From NCBI RefSeq assembly GCF_009914755.1, contig NC_060941.1: a stretch of DNA of 64,000 bases; one strand, 5' to 3'. A program made the position numbers and the translations under genes. The notes under the pieces are model-generated. The model did no database searches, was not told where the DNA came from, and saw nothing but the letters and a program-made list of their open reading frames with translations. Source of the DNA: the human T2T-CHM13v2.0 reference genome, Homo sapiens. Positions 1-12,578 of the stretch are shown one piece after another. The stretch's first letter is position 1. Every line of letters begins with the position of its first letter.

Positions 1-1414
1 TGATATTTACAGTTCAGTAGCTACATACACTCACAGTCTGGCAAAGGACCACAACACATACCATGCAGGACCACCCAGTGCTTGCCCTTAAGAACAGAGT
101 GAATGACCAAGGTATGGGAGACAGGCTTTGCAGTAACAAAAGGGCAAGGTGCCCCTGTTTCTTATGGGAGAAAATGATTGGCTTATTTAAATAACTCCCT
201 GGGCTGGCAGGGATCTGAAATCCACTTTCAGGAATAAGCAGGAACTGCATGTGGTCCGTTTGATGAATATTGCTTGGCTGGGGGACATTATCTGTGGGAG
301 CAGAGTGAAGAGAGGAACGTGTAGTTACGCCTTTTTGAGGTGCTCCTGGTTTCACCAAATGTCAAAGAAGCACGTAACACTGACCCTGAATTTCAGGCCT
401 TATACACCAGCCCATCTGTGTTCTCACCAAGGGGAGAATGCCTCCCTCCCCTGTGCTTTACAGTTTGTTGAAGGCTTACCAAAGCGGAGTTTTCAGTATA
501 AACAGTTCTTTCACTTTTATTTTGTTTTACTACTCATAGAATCCCTCTTAACAGGGAAGACATCCAAATTACAGATACAAAGCTGTACTCACAAACCCCA
601 GACCCCTTTGGACACTGGGACTTTGTTTCTGGTAAGCTCATCTGTCTGCCTCCCTCAGTCCTTTCCCAGGGGTCTCCTCAAGCTCTCAAGCAAATAGATC
701 CACGGTTGGCCCTGCCCAGGAGCCTGGCCAGTTTTCACAGATTTAACAGACTCCAGAAGTGGTCAGGGTCTCAAATTGGCATCTCTGTCCTACTAGCACT
801 GTGTATTCAAGAGCCAGAGCAAACCATGTTAAGAGTCAGGGAAAGTGGCAGCTATTTAGTCCCCGCAGCTATTTTTGTTCCTGCAGCCCCAGGCATTTCT
901 GGTTGAATGCTGCCACTCACAGCATTCACACAAGATCTGGAAGCTATTTGGAGTTCAAAGGCACCCACAGACTTTAGCAAAGAAAAGCTGGAGTCAGCTC
1001 CTGGCTGGACAAAGGATATTAACATGTATGTCTGTTTAAGGGGCTTAGAGGGTTCTCGGTAGAGTTTCTAGATGGAAAGTCACCAAAGAAAATTCATGCC
1101 TGCAACATTTGCTCTGAGCCCAAACTCAGATGGGTTTGGAATAGGATTGGGAAGCACCCTTAGCGAAATTATGCAGTGTCCAGAGTGAAATCCGTCAAAG
1201 GTCAGGAAATGAGGGTCCCTGTCCACCCTCTTCTCAGCATGCAAATGGCAAGGACTCCTGATTGCTCAGGATGCAAATGGGATCCCAGAATGCATTTAAC
1301 CCAGAGTCTATTTTTGCTCCTTGGAGCACACAGCAGACTTTATGTGATGCTCAGATTTGGAGTTTCTGAACCAACAACAAAAAGATAATGCTCAATTCTG
1401 CTTCTTATTTAGTA

Positions 1415-1590
1415 ACTTCCCTTCTCTTTCCTTCCTTTCCTTTGTTTTTTTCTCCTTTATGTTCTGTCTTCTTACCACCTCTTATTCATCCTCCCTCTCC
1501 CCTTCCTACCATTAGTTCCTCCCACACACTTTTCTCCCTCCTCCTTTCTTTTCTTTCTCCCCTCCCTCCTCTTCTCTCTTACATTTGATC
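1415..1590. repeat. CT-rich low-complexity polypyrimidine tract
   Basis: ~175 nt consisting almost entirely of C/T on the + strand. Confidence 0.8.
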
Positions 1591-2284
1591 CTCTCAGAGC
1601 TGCACTTTGGCAGAGGCTGGCACAAGACCACTTAATCTAGAATCTCACCTTCTTGATCAGAGTCCAGTGGTCCTTCATAACTGAGAGGGAAGAGTTCATT
1701 CCTCTGGTGTTCATGAGTCTGAGCACTGAGCTCAGATAAGTTGCTAACAACTCATCTCTCCACTGAGAAGCTGGACAGACTTCAAGAGTGAGACATGGAG
1801 GCAGAAATCGCTGGGTAGACTCCCTGGGGCAGGCGTTAAGGAGAGGGAGGGCATGGAACCTGGAGAGAATCAGATAACCTGTGATCTGATCCTTACTTTC
1901 CTTTTTGTGAGCTTTTGGGTAGGCACCTTCCCTCTCCGCACCTCAGAGTTCTAGCTGCAAAAATAATAATGCTGGACTCAAACAGCCTTACCAGTTCCTT
2001 AATTTCTGATCCCTTTTGTTTTAGCATTGCCATAAAACTTCAGGCTTTATCCCCACGTAATAAATGTTATCCTCTTCGACGAATGAACAGGCTTATAATG
2101 AGAGTGGCTTTGACAGAATTTCCAAGCAGAGATAGGGAAGCAGATTTGACCCCAGGACTATGGATTGCAGATTCCACCTTGTCTTCTTCCCAGCTGCTGC
2201 AGTCTCTGGCTCCCACCCCAGTGGCCCCTTTCTTACTGACACAACCCACTGGCCCCAGAAAATGCTGACCTCCTCCTCTCTCCA

Positions 2285-2318
2285 GTGTGTCTCTGTGTGT
2301 GTGTGTCTGTGTGTGTGT

Positions 2319-2362
<44 letters not shown>
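2285..2362. repeat. (TG)n microsatellite, interrupted
   Basis: Directly visible GT dinucleotide run with TC interruptions. Confidence 0.95.
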
Positions 2363-2365
<3 letters not shown>

Positions 2366-3419
2366 GGGGGAATCTTCCTTTTAGAAACTCAGAAGCAGGT
2401 CTGGAGGTTAAAAAATGAATATTTACTAAAGGCAATACTACAAGGGGAAAAAAGGTCTTTCTGAATTCAAGCTTCCGAATATATTTGGGTGCCAAGCCCA
2501 GATAAACTCTGGATTTAGGTTGTTTGGGGGCCAACTGAGTTTCCAGATCTGATGAGATCTTCAGACTGTCTTGGAAGACTTGCTTCCTCCAATTTTTATG
2601 GAAGATAAATTCCAGTGTTACCACAAGACTTCTGACAATCCCCAAAGCTGGCTTATGGGAATATGATCAATGTTTACAAAAGTAGAGTCATCTATTGAAT
2701 GCGGGGCAATGGTCAGGGGCCCACCAAAGATCACCCTCCTTCTGCAGAGAAGAGGGTGATCTTTACCACAGACTCTGCCCACCTAGACCAAGGTTCTGGT
2801 CTTAGTTCCCTCTGTAGGATACAAAATGAAGAAAATATCAGCCTTTCTGTTCCATGGCCAGTGAAGTGTCAAGGGATGGAAAACTTAATTCAGGAATTCA
2901 TTTGGGGAAAGAATCACTGGCTTGTTGATTTGTTTTCTTGTCATCCGACTTTGTTTTGTCCCTGTTCATAACAGATCATTCCCATTGCCCTGATATGAGC
3001 CAGACCTATGTGAGGGGTGTCAGTTATAGCCTTGGTCCTTGCTCCACTTCTGTGGTGAGGTGCTGCCAAGAGCTGTGGGGAAAGGAGTGGGGCTCAGAGC
3101 TGATGCCCATTTGTAGAAAAATAAAATAAAAGTTAAAGCAAATGACTTGGGTGAGAAAATGGATTGTGAGGAAGGAGATCTTAGAAGAAATGAATCAGGA
3201 TAGAAAACAGATGCTGCTCCTGATTCACTAAATTGTAAAATGACCTGGTCTAGTTTCTTCTTTCTAATGTATTTCAACTTCAAATTCTTTGATTGATGGT
3301 ACCTGGAGAGCATTGGCAACAGACGTCTATGATGTTCATACTTCTGTAACTCTTTAAACATTACACTCTTCATAAATTATTACATGAAGAGATTAATGGA
3401 GATATAGCCCTTATCCTTG

Positions 3420-3517
3420 TGATACGGTTTGGCTCTGTGTCCCCACCCACATCTCACCTTGAATTGTAATAATCCCCACATATCAAGAGTGGGACCAGGT
3501 GGAGATAATTGAATCAT
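3420..3517 (+). mobile_element. THE1 (THE1C/D-like) MaLR LTR, 5' ~100 bp
   Basis: Starts TGATACGGTTTGGCTCTGTGTCCCCACCCAC, the THE1 LTR 5' terminus; ends just after TAATTGAATCA. Confidence 0.85.
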
Positions 3518-3521
3518 TTAC

Positions 3522-5575
3522 TGTATTCATTCTCATGTTTTCATGCTTCTATGAAGAAATAACCAGGACTGGGTAATTTATTTTAAAAAAAGAGGTTTAA
3601 TTGACTTGGAGTTCCACATGGTTGTGGAGGCCTCAGGAAACTTACAATCATGGCAGAAGGCACCTCTTCACAGACTGTCATGAGAGAGAATTACAGAGCA
3701 AAGAGGAGAAAGCCCCTTATAAAACCATCAGATCTCATAAGAACTCACTCGCTATCATGAGAAGGCATGGGGGAATGGCCTCCATGATCTAATATCATGA
3801 TTCAATTATCTCCACCTGATCTCGCCCTTGACACATAAGGATTTTTATAATTCAAGTTGAGAGTTTGGTGGAGACACAGAGTCAAACCATATCATTCCAC
3901 CACTGGCCCCTCCTAAACCTCATGTCCTCACATTTCAAAACACAAACATGCCCTCCCAACAGTCCCCCAAAGTCTTAACTCATTCCAGCACTAACCCAAA
4001 AGTCCAAGTCTAGAATCTAATCTGAGACAAGGCAAGTCCTTTCCAACTATGAGCCTATAAAATCAAAAGCAATTTAGCTATTTCCTAGATAAATGGGGGT
4101 ACAGGCATTGGGTAAATACAGACATTCTAAATGGGAGAAAATGGCCAAAACAAAGGGGCCACAGGTCCCATGCAAGTGCAAAATCCAATAGGGCAGTCAT
4201 TAAAACTTAAAGTTCCAAAATCATCTTATTTGATTCCATATCTCACATCTAGGTCATGCTGATGCAAGAGGTGGGCTCCCACAGCCTTGGGCAGCTCTGC
4301 CTCTGTGGCTTTGTAGGGTACAGCCCCCTTCCTGGCTGCTTTCACAGCTGGCATTGAGTGTCTGCAGCTTTTCCAGGCACACAGTGCAAGCTGTTGGTGG
4401 ATCTACCATTCTGGGGTCTGGAGGACAATGGCCCTCTTCTCATAGCTCTGCCAGGCAGTGCCCCAGTGGGAACTCTGTTTGTGGGCTCCAACCCCAACAC
4501 TTTCCTTCCACACTGCCCTAGCAGAGATTCTCCCTGAGGGCTCTGCCCCTGCAGCAGGCTTCTGCCTAGACATCCAGGTGTTTCCATACATCCTTTGAAA
4601 TCTAGGTGGAGGTTCCCAAACCTCAATTCTTGTCTTCTGCGTACCCTCAGGACAAACACCACGTGGAAGCTGCCAAGGCTAGAGACTTGCACCCTCTGAA
4701 GCAACAGCCTAAGCTGTACCTGAGCCCCTTTTAGCCACAGCTGGAACTGAAGCAGCTGGGACACAGGGTGCCATGTTCTGAGGCTGCACAGAGCAGGGGT
4801 GCCCTGGGCCAGGCCCACTAAACCATTTTTCCCTTCTAGGCCTCTGAGACTGTGATGGGAGGGGCTGCTGTGAAGGTCTCTGACATGCCCTGGAAACATT
4901 TTCCCCATTGTCTTGGTGACTAACATTCAGCTCCTCATTACTTATGCAAATTTCTGCAGCTGGCTTAAATTTCTCAATTTGTCTTCTCTATTGCATCATC
5001 AGGCTGCAAATTTTCCAAACTTTTGTGCTCTCCTTCCTCTTGAATGCTTTGCTGCTTAGAAATTTCTTCCGCCAGATATTGTAAATCATCTCTCTCAAGT
5101 TCAAAGTTTCACAGATCTCTAGGGCAGGGGCAAAATGCCACCAGTCCTTTGCTAAAGCATAGAAAGACTCACCTTTGCTCCAGTTCCCAAGAAGTTCCTA
5201 ATTTCCATCTGAGACCACCTCAGCTTGGACTTCATTGTTCATAACACTGTCAGCATTTTGGTCGAGACCATTCAACAAGTCTCTAGGAAGTTCCAAACTT
5301 TTCCACATCTTCCTGTCTTCTTCTGAGCCCTCCAAACTGTTTTTAAAAACAGCCTCTGCCTGTTACCCAATTCCAAAGTCACTTCCTCATTTTCAGGTAT
5401 CTTTATAGCAGCACCCCACTCTTTGTGGTACCAATTTACCATCTTAGTTTGTTCTCACACTGCTATGAATAAAGTCCTGAGACTGGGTAATTTATAAGAA
5501 AAAGAGGTTTAATTGGCTCACAGTTCTGAATGGTTGGGGAGGCCTCAGGAAACTTACGTTCACAGCAGAAGGCAC
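3522..5575 (-). mobile_element. THE1 element: complete LTR (3522-3894) + THE1-int (3895-5439) + truncated LTR (5440-5575)
   Basis: Reverse-complement THE1 LTR (ends CAAACCATATCA). The internal region is similar to the + strand THE1-int at 18675-20252. Confidence 0.9.
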
Positions 5576-5738
5576 TTCTCTCTCCTGCTGTCCTGTGAAG
5601 AGGTGCCTTCTGCCATGACTGTAAGTTTCCTGAGGCCTCCCCAGCCATGCAGAACTGTGAGTCCATCACATCTCTTTTCTTTATAATTTACCCAGTCTCA
5701 GGTATTTCTTCACAGTAGTGTGATAATGAACTAATACA
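5576..5738 (+). mobile_element. THE1 LTR, 3' ~160 bp
   Basis: ...GTAAGTTTCCTGAGGCCTCCCCAGCCATG...AACTAATACA terminus. Flanks CCTTG (3415-3419) and CCTTT (5739-5743) look like a 5-bp TSD shared with the 3420 fragment. Confidence 0.85.
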
Positions 5739-7392
5739 CCTTTTACTATGCCTACAAATGCTTGGGATAGAACAGAATTGGCCTCTCATTTCTCCTTCAA
5801 ATGCCTTGTAATAATCATGACTGCCCCCCAGATCTCTTGGACTTATGTCAATAAACTTTTTTTCTTTCACAGTGAAAAAACAAGGCCAAGTGACTTTTTA
5901 TGACTTGATACACTGGGGTAGTATTAGAAATGAGACACTATCAAATGCTGCAACTTTCTGATACTTGTCCTACTTTGAAATGCAGGAATGTGGAAGAATG
6001 TTAGATATACATGTTCTCATTCAGAACCTCCCTTTGTAAAGTCCTGCCAATATCCCAGGGTGCATAATTTACAGTCAAAATGGACACTGAGGTGAGTGTA
6101 GATACTATGCTTGGGCAGTAATATGTGCAAGACTGTTAACTGTTAGGAAAACCAATACCAGAACACCTGAGATTCCAGGAAGCCCCATAAAGCTACATTT
6201 CTTTAATTGTTCTTGCTGCTATTTGAGTAATTTCCTGCCTTTGCTGTCACTCTTCCCATTAAGGGTTTATTCTTCAAAGACAAGGCCTCTGGGAACATCA
6301 CCCTACCCCTTTTGTGGCTCCTCCCCATTGTTTCTTGGGCCAGATGGTCAGAGCTGACTTTACTACAGTGTGTGAAAATATCAGGCTATAACTCTCCTGT
6401 TGAGTAAGGATGCGCCTGCACTCATTACTCAGCTCAGCTCCGGTTGCTGCAGGGATAGTTTCATCATCCTCTGCATTTCAACTTCCTATTCCATGCTATC
6501 TACCACCCCCTCCACTACCCTTTCCTGCCTCTTAAGTGAGAAATCTCTCTTATGCTCTCCCTTCATCCTCAGCTATCAAAGACAAACAAGAGTCTTTCTA
6601 GATGAATCTCAACTTCGTAGGCTGTGTCTCTGCAAGACAGCTCTCCTCAAAATAAAATAATTCTTGACTTGGAAGTTTCTCTGTGTTATACCCCCAGGAT
6701 TTCCAGACATAGAGTTTTCCTTTCACGGCATAGACCCCAAGGGGAAAAAATCAAAGAAATATACTTCCAAGATGTTCTTTCTTTCAGTAATTATTCTGCC
6801 CTTTGCACTTCTGTCATCAGACAATGTGTGAATTTTTGCCTGCAATTTCTCCAAATCCTTGTAGTTTTTAACCCGCCACACAAGTCATTGAAGTATTTGA
6901 ATAACAGTTTCCATTTCCATATGATCGTCAATATAAATATGCATATATATATAAAACCTAATTATTTAAACTAAAATTGACACACATGTATAGTTTCTTC
7001 TTCCTCTGTCCGTTAAAGAAGACATACTCATGTATATATCTGGGGGGATTTACTTTAAAAATTTTTTGGTTATTTGAATTATAAAAGTAAAAGGTACATG
7101 TTTTAACAACTCAAAAGCATAAAAGGCTCTACAATCAAATTAATGGTCTTATGTCTTCCTCCTCCAGTCCCACAGTGGGAGGTATCCAGTGACTTAGTAT
7201 ACACAAATAGATGAATACAAGTAATGTTTTTACTCAAAATTTGAAAATACCCTACCTTTTATTAGTCTTTAACTCTGTTTTTCACTAAATGATGTATCAT
7301 GACTATTTTTCTTCATTAATATATGAATTTTCACATTTCTGTTGTTTTAAATTACTTGTTTTAAGAGTAGATAAACTATGTAAAGAATATCT

Positions 7393-7697
7393 AGCCAGGA
7401 GCGGTGGCTTGTGCCTGCAGTTCCAGCTACTCAGGAGGCCGAGGTAGGATGGCTTCAGGCCAAAAGTTTGAGAACAGCCTGGGCAACATAGTGAGACTCT
7501 AAAAAAATTATCCAAAAAAAATTAGTGGGTGTGGTGGCACACTCCCATAGTCCTATCTACTCAGGAGGCTGAGGTGAAAGAATCATTTGATCTCAGGAGA
7601 TTGAGGTCTACAGTGGGCTATGATTGCACCACTGCACTACAGCCTGGACAACAGAGCAGGATTCTGTTTCTAAAAGTAAAAAAATTAAAGAAATAAA
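7393..7697 (+). mobile_element. Alu (old, AluJ-like)
   Basis: Diverged dimeric Alu with A-rich linker and tail. Confidence 0.85.
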
Positions 7698-7750
7698 TGT
7701 ATGGTCTAATGAGTCGACTAGACAAGGGATTGAAAAATTTCCTCTTGCCT

Positions 7751-8069
<319 letters not shown>

Positions 8070-10289
8070 TTAATGCTCTGAAAGAGATTTGGACAGTGTG
8101 CTAAAGGAAGCACATTCCCTCTTTATATTTACTGCTAACCGTGGATTCCAATATTGAGAGGCAAAGATCCCTCTGCTTGACTTGTTTAACCTTGCCTTGG
8201 CTCATCCCATACTAAATTCTCTATATCCCAAATCCAGTTTCTCTATAGTGGTTATATCAGACAAAGTATTTCAATGGTTTTCAGGTACATCACATACTGG
8301 GGAGTGAGGAGTTTGGGCTCAGAGTATGCTGAGTTTGTGGTTCAGATCAGTCACATCACTGGGAGAAGGAAGCCATTTGGGTTAATTTGGGTCTCAAGAA
8401 ACACAACCTTTGGCATCTGCATAAATTGAAGCCCTTTTTAGGGAGGCAGCTGGGTATCTGATGGATTTCTAAAATAAGAGTTCCATTAACAAGGTTGCTG
8501 TGTTGTACTGTTATGTTAGCAATTATCACAGAGGAAGTTAGTCTGGGATTAGGACCAGATTTTCCAAAGTGGGACTTGTAAACACTATGGAAGTAGACTT
8601 TCCTGTTGGTGATAGAAAGATTGACATTTAACAGCAGCCTTTTGTGCAGCACCAACAGGTCTGATTATCCTGATATTTGACCAAGTGTGTAGGTTGATTC
8701 GATTATGGTTTAGTGGATGTCTTGATTTTCAGCTCACCAAGAGCTAGCTATAACCTGTGGGTCCAAAAATTTAATTTCTAATATGTTTGTGCTGCACTAG
8801 CCTATGCGGTATTTGTAGGTGAGGGGAAGGTTCTAGATTGTGTTAACTATTTAAAATTAAAGAGGAAGATCATAACACAGGCTAGTCATGGAAATCCCAG
8901 TCCTGTCACCTCAAATAGGCTAAAAGTTCTCATGAAACCAATTTGTACTTTTTATTCCAGAAGAATTTATGCTCCACTTCAGAATTTAAAAATTAAGCAA
9001 TGGGTGTATTCACTAAATATTGGAAATAAGAGAGTGCACACATTATCTTTTTCCAAACTCAAATTGAATGAACTAAACCTTATTGAGTTGAAGAAATGGT
9101 CTCTTAGTTTCAAACAGGACCTAATATCTGGAACAGATTAAAATGGTAAGAAGCTTAATGTTGTTTACTTTTGAGCCAACAAAATAAAATATTGGTGGAA
9201 AACAACTCTATTACCCAGAAGAGAGAGAAATGGGAAAGATTTCCAATTAGGTCAACTCCCAAAGAACGTTTTGACCTTACCTTATTAACTTATCCTGGAC
9301 CACAAAAGGAGAGCTAAAAGCTGTTAATAACAATAGTTATCATGTTAGCATTAATGAGGTAAACTTTTGATGTTATTCGGTGCATTATTAAAGAAACGCT
9401 CAGATATCATTTTGTTTCAAGCTGGCTGATTATCTTCAAAACCAGATTTAAGACGTGCTGAGAGAGTTTAGCAATGTACAAAAATCGTCTATAATTAGTC
9501 AGTTCTTTCAAAGTGTTGTGGAATAAACTTAGAGACACATGGTGAAACATAAGGTTTAATATGGAGCAGAGTCTAATTTGAAGTCAGTCTTGATGCATGT
9601 GTAATGAAAATTATTCCTAATGGTACTCACAAACCACTGCAATTAATAATAATATCAAAACCCAATGGACATGCTCTTTTGCTGGGTGATGTAAGTAATA
9701 ACATGGACTGCTATTTGTGATCACAGTGAAACTGGGCTCCACAAACCGATGATTATGTTGGCAGCTTATCCTTGGAGTCTCTTACTGCTGCAGGAAACAA
9801 GAAAAGTGGTGAGGAAAGACTGAGAAATGTTTTCATTAGCAGTGAGTCTCATGAAAGTCTGTAACTTTCTCCAACAAGATGACACTAAAAGACATCTCAG
9901 TGACCCTGGATATTGTGATATAGCAGCTCAAATATTGAGGTGGGTATGAACCAACAAAATACCAAAATAAGGTTTCCAGAAAAATATTAAACGGATAGTA
10001 GATATGAATAGGAATGTGACATACTTTCTATAAATCCTAATAGTATAGAAACCTACAACTGTTTTCTAGACTTCCCTGCCTGTGTCTTCAGCTTTTCAGT
10101 TTCGCTCCTTCCTCTCAACCTGTGAAAATGTTTGTTTTTAGAGCTTCTGTTAGGATAATTTATTTGTAGAGCTATTGCTTTTATTCTTTCCTATCATCCT
10201 TAAATGTCTGAAAGATTAGTATGCTTTTGTTATATGTATTTCCTTATCTGTATATTTTTGAATTGGCTAAAATCTATGTTTACAATGAA

Positions 10290-11300
10290 GTCTCTTGCTC
10301 AAGTCACCAATGACTTCCTAATTTCCAAATGCCAAAATCAGTGAGTGCCCTACATCCTCATCCTCTTTGATCTCTAATGTACTAACAATATCATGGCTTC
10401 TTTGAAAAATCCTCTTTTCCTTTGAATTTTGGAGAACTTTTCCTTTTCCTTCTGGGTCTCCTCCTATCTCTGGTTCCCACCCTTTTTTATGTGGGCTTCC
10501 CTTCTTCTTCCTTAGACGTCAACATTCCAGTAGGTTCCGTCCTAGCTTTCTACTCAGCCATTAGGAACAGGCTCACTCCTTCCATGGGTTTAACAAATAC
10601 TAATTTCCATCCCATGATTCCCAAAGTTCAACGACCATTTATACGTTCAACATTCATCGATCAACTTTTGTGTGATAGGCAATGGAGAGATAATGAACAG
10701 GACAGGGTATCTGACTTATGGACCTCGAAGTTCAGTGTGGAAACAGATACAAACAGAGGGATAAAGGCAGAGACATAAATGGAATTATGCTTAAAGAACT
10801 ACGTGAACACAGAAAAACACCTTCTTTTAGCTTCCATCTCCCTTTTAATTTCACATGTATATTTCCAACATCTTTAATTGAATATTTCTCAGTCGCCACA
10901 AACTCAATATGCTGAAGTGAGAATAATGAGTTCCTCCATCCCACACTCACCCAATATCCCAAACCCACATCTTGTACTGTATTCCCTATATTGGCTAATA
11001 CAGTGATAAAAACAATACATGCGCTTGTCTAAGCTTGGAGTTCTGTAATCTTTTTCATCCATTTCTTCTTTCTCATTCTTTACATTCAAATAGTTATCTC
11101 CTAAGTACCTCTCAAATCTATTTTTTCTTTTCTCCTTTTCATATTTTCTATCCTCTTCTCATTTTGATTTCTCTTCTTCTCTCCTATGTTGTTCAATCTT
11201 CTTAATGGCCTCTTTGTCCCCCAAATCTTCCTCTTCAACTCAAATTATCTTTAGAGTTAACATTTTAAATGTCAGGATTGTTTATGTTGTTATGTTGACT
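10290..11300. mobile_element. Decayed L2 LINE fragments (both orientations)
   Basis: CT-rich L2-like sequence (caagtcaccaatgacttcc...) interrupted by an antisense L2-tail-like segment at ~10630-10810. Boundaries approximate. Confidence 0.5.
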
Positions 11301-12333
11301 AGGAAGCCCAGCTGTGACTGCTGTACTTTTAGATGTCTCCATACTTTTTGCAGCCAACGAGGCCCAGGGCATGTAAGAGACCCTACAAGTCATAGCACTT
11401 TCTATCTTCTTCTGCATTCCCTAGGACTGATTCTACTTTATAAAACTGGACTTCCTTTTGGGCATTTCTCATTTATTCTCAATATTTCTGCATAATATTT
11501 AGTATCCCCATAGAACTAAGCCCATTCATGAACCCCAGATATTTTTTCCTTATTATTCTACCTATCACATCCATTTTGTTCCTCTAGCCATGTAGTCACC
11601 TCAAAAATCCTTTGTTGAGCTCCTCTGAGGTACCATCCATTATACTAGGCACCGGGGATATAAATGTGTATAGAATCAACTCCTAGCCTTAGAAGACTCA
11701 GGATCTCATGGGGACAAAATGTTCATTTAAAAAAATAATTTCAATACTTCACATGTAAAGAATTGGTAAAACAGGAGAATGCAAAAATATACAAAATTAG
11801 AGGGACTGTCATTCTGTGTTTTCCAAATTCCCTACAATGACCCTTTATTACACTTGTAATTACAAAAGTGATCAACTCACAAAATGAAATCTCAAGATGG
11901 CATGTGGAGTACTTACAAAATTCTCCATAGAAATTCTTTGGGAATAGAAAATATATGAACTTAAAGCGGCTACTTTTTAGCCAAATAAAATAAAAATTCA
12001 AAGTGTAAGTTTCTATGTAGACTTTATCTAATACCGTATGTTTTAATACAACCATTACATTTGCTCCGTGAGTGATACACTGGTATCACTTTCTCACTTT
12101 GTATCACAAGTAAGAAAGAACCCAGGAAGGAAGCTGTTCCTCATTTACTCTTAGCCTCATATTGCCCCCTTCCCTCTTGCTCTGAGCCCTCAGCAACCTA
12201 GATTCTTTCTGTCTTTGGAACCTCCTGTGTCCCCTCTCGCCTCAGGGCCTTCGCACATACTGCAGCTTCCTCTATGTGACGCTCCGCTGTCCCAACACAC
12301 ACCCATGGCTGTGAACTTATGCATACTTTAGGT

Positions 12334-12341
12334 CAGCTGTT

Positions 12342-12380
<39 letters not shown>

Positions 12381-12578
12381 ACTGGATTGTTCCCCGGAGA
12401 ATACTTGGAAATGTCTGGAGACATTTTTGGTTGTCACAATAGGTTGGTGGTGTTAGTGTCATCTAGTGGGTAGAGCACGGGGATGTTGCTAAATATCTCC
12501 CAGTCCTATAGGATGGTCAGCAACAACAGAAAATTATTTTGCCTTAAATGTCACTACCTCTAAGGTGAGGGAACTCTG
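12334..12578 (+). mobile_element. MER20 (hAT-Charlie MITE) carrying an internal (TG)n at 12345-12377
   Basis: Core AATGTCTGGAGACATTTTTGGTTGTCACAA...CATCTAGTGGGTAGAG; degenerate 8-bp TSD CTTTAGGT/TTTTAGGC. Confidence 0.85.

Noticed and set aside
2067-2645. 192-aa minus-strand ORF with a THTH run
   Set aside because: Kept open by the (CA)n microsatellite; non-ATG start; no recognisable protein.
4342-4926. 194-aa ORF and neighbouring ORFs
   Set aside because: Lie within the THE1 internal sequence; decayed retroelement frames, not host genes.
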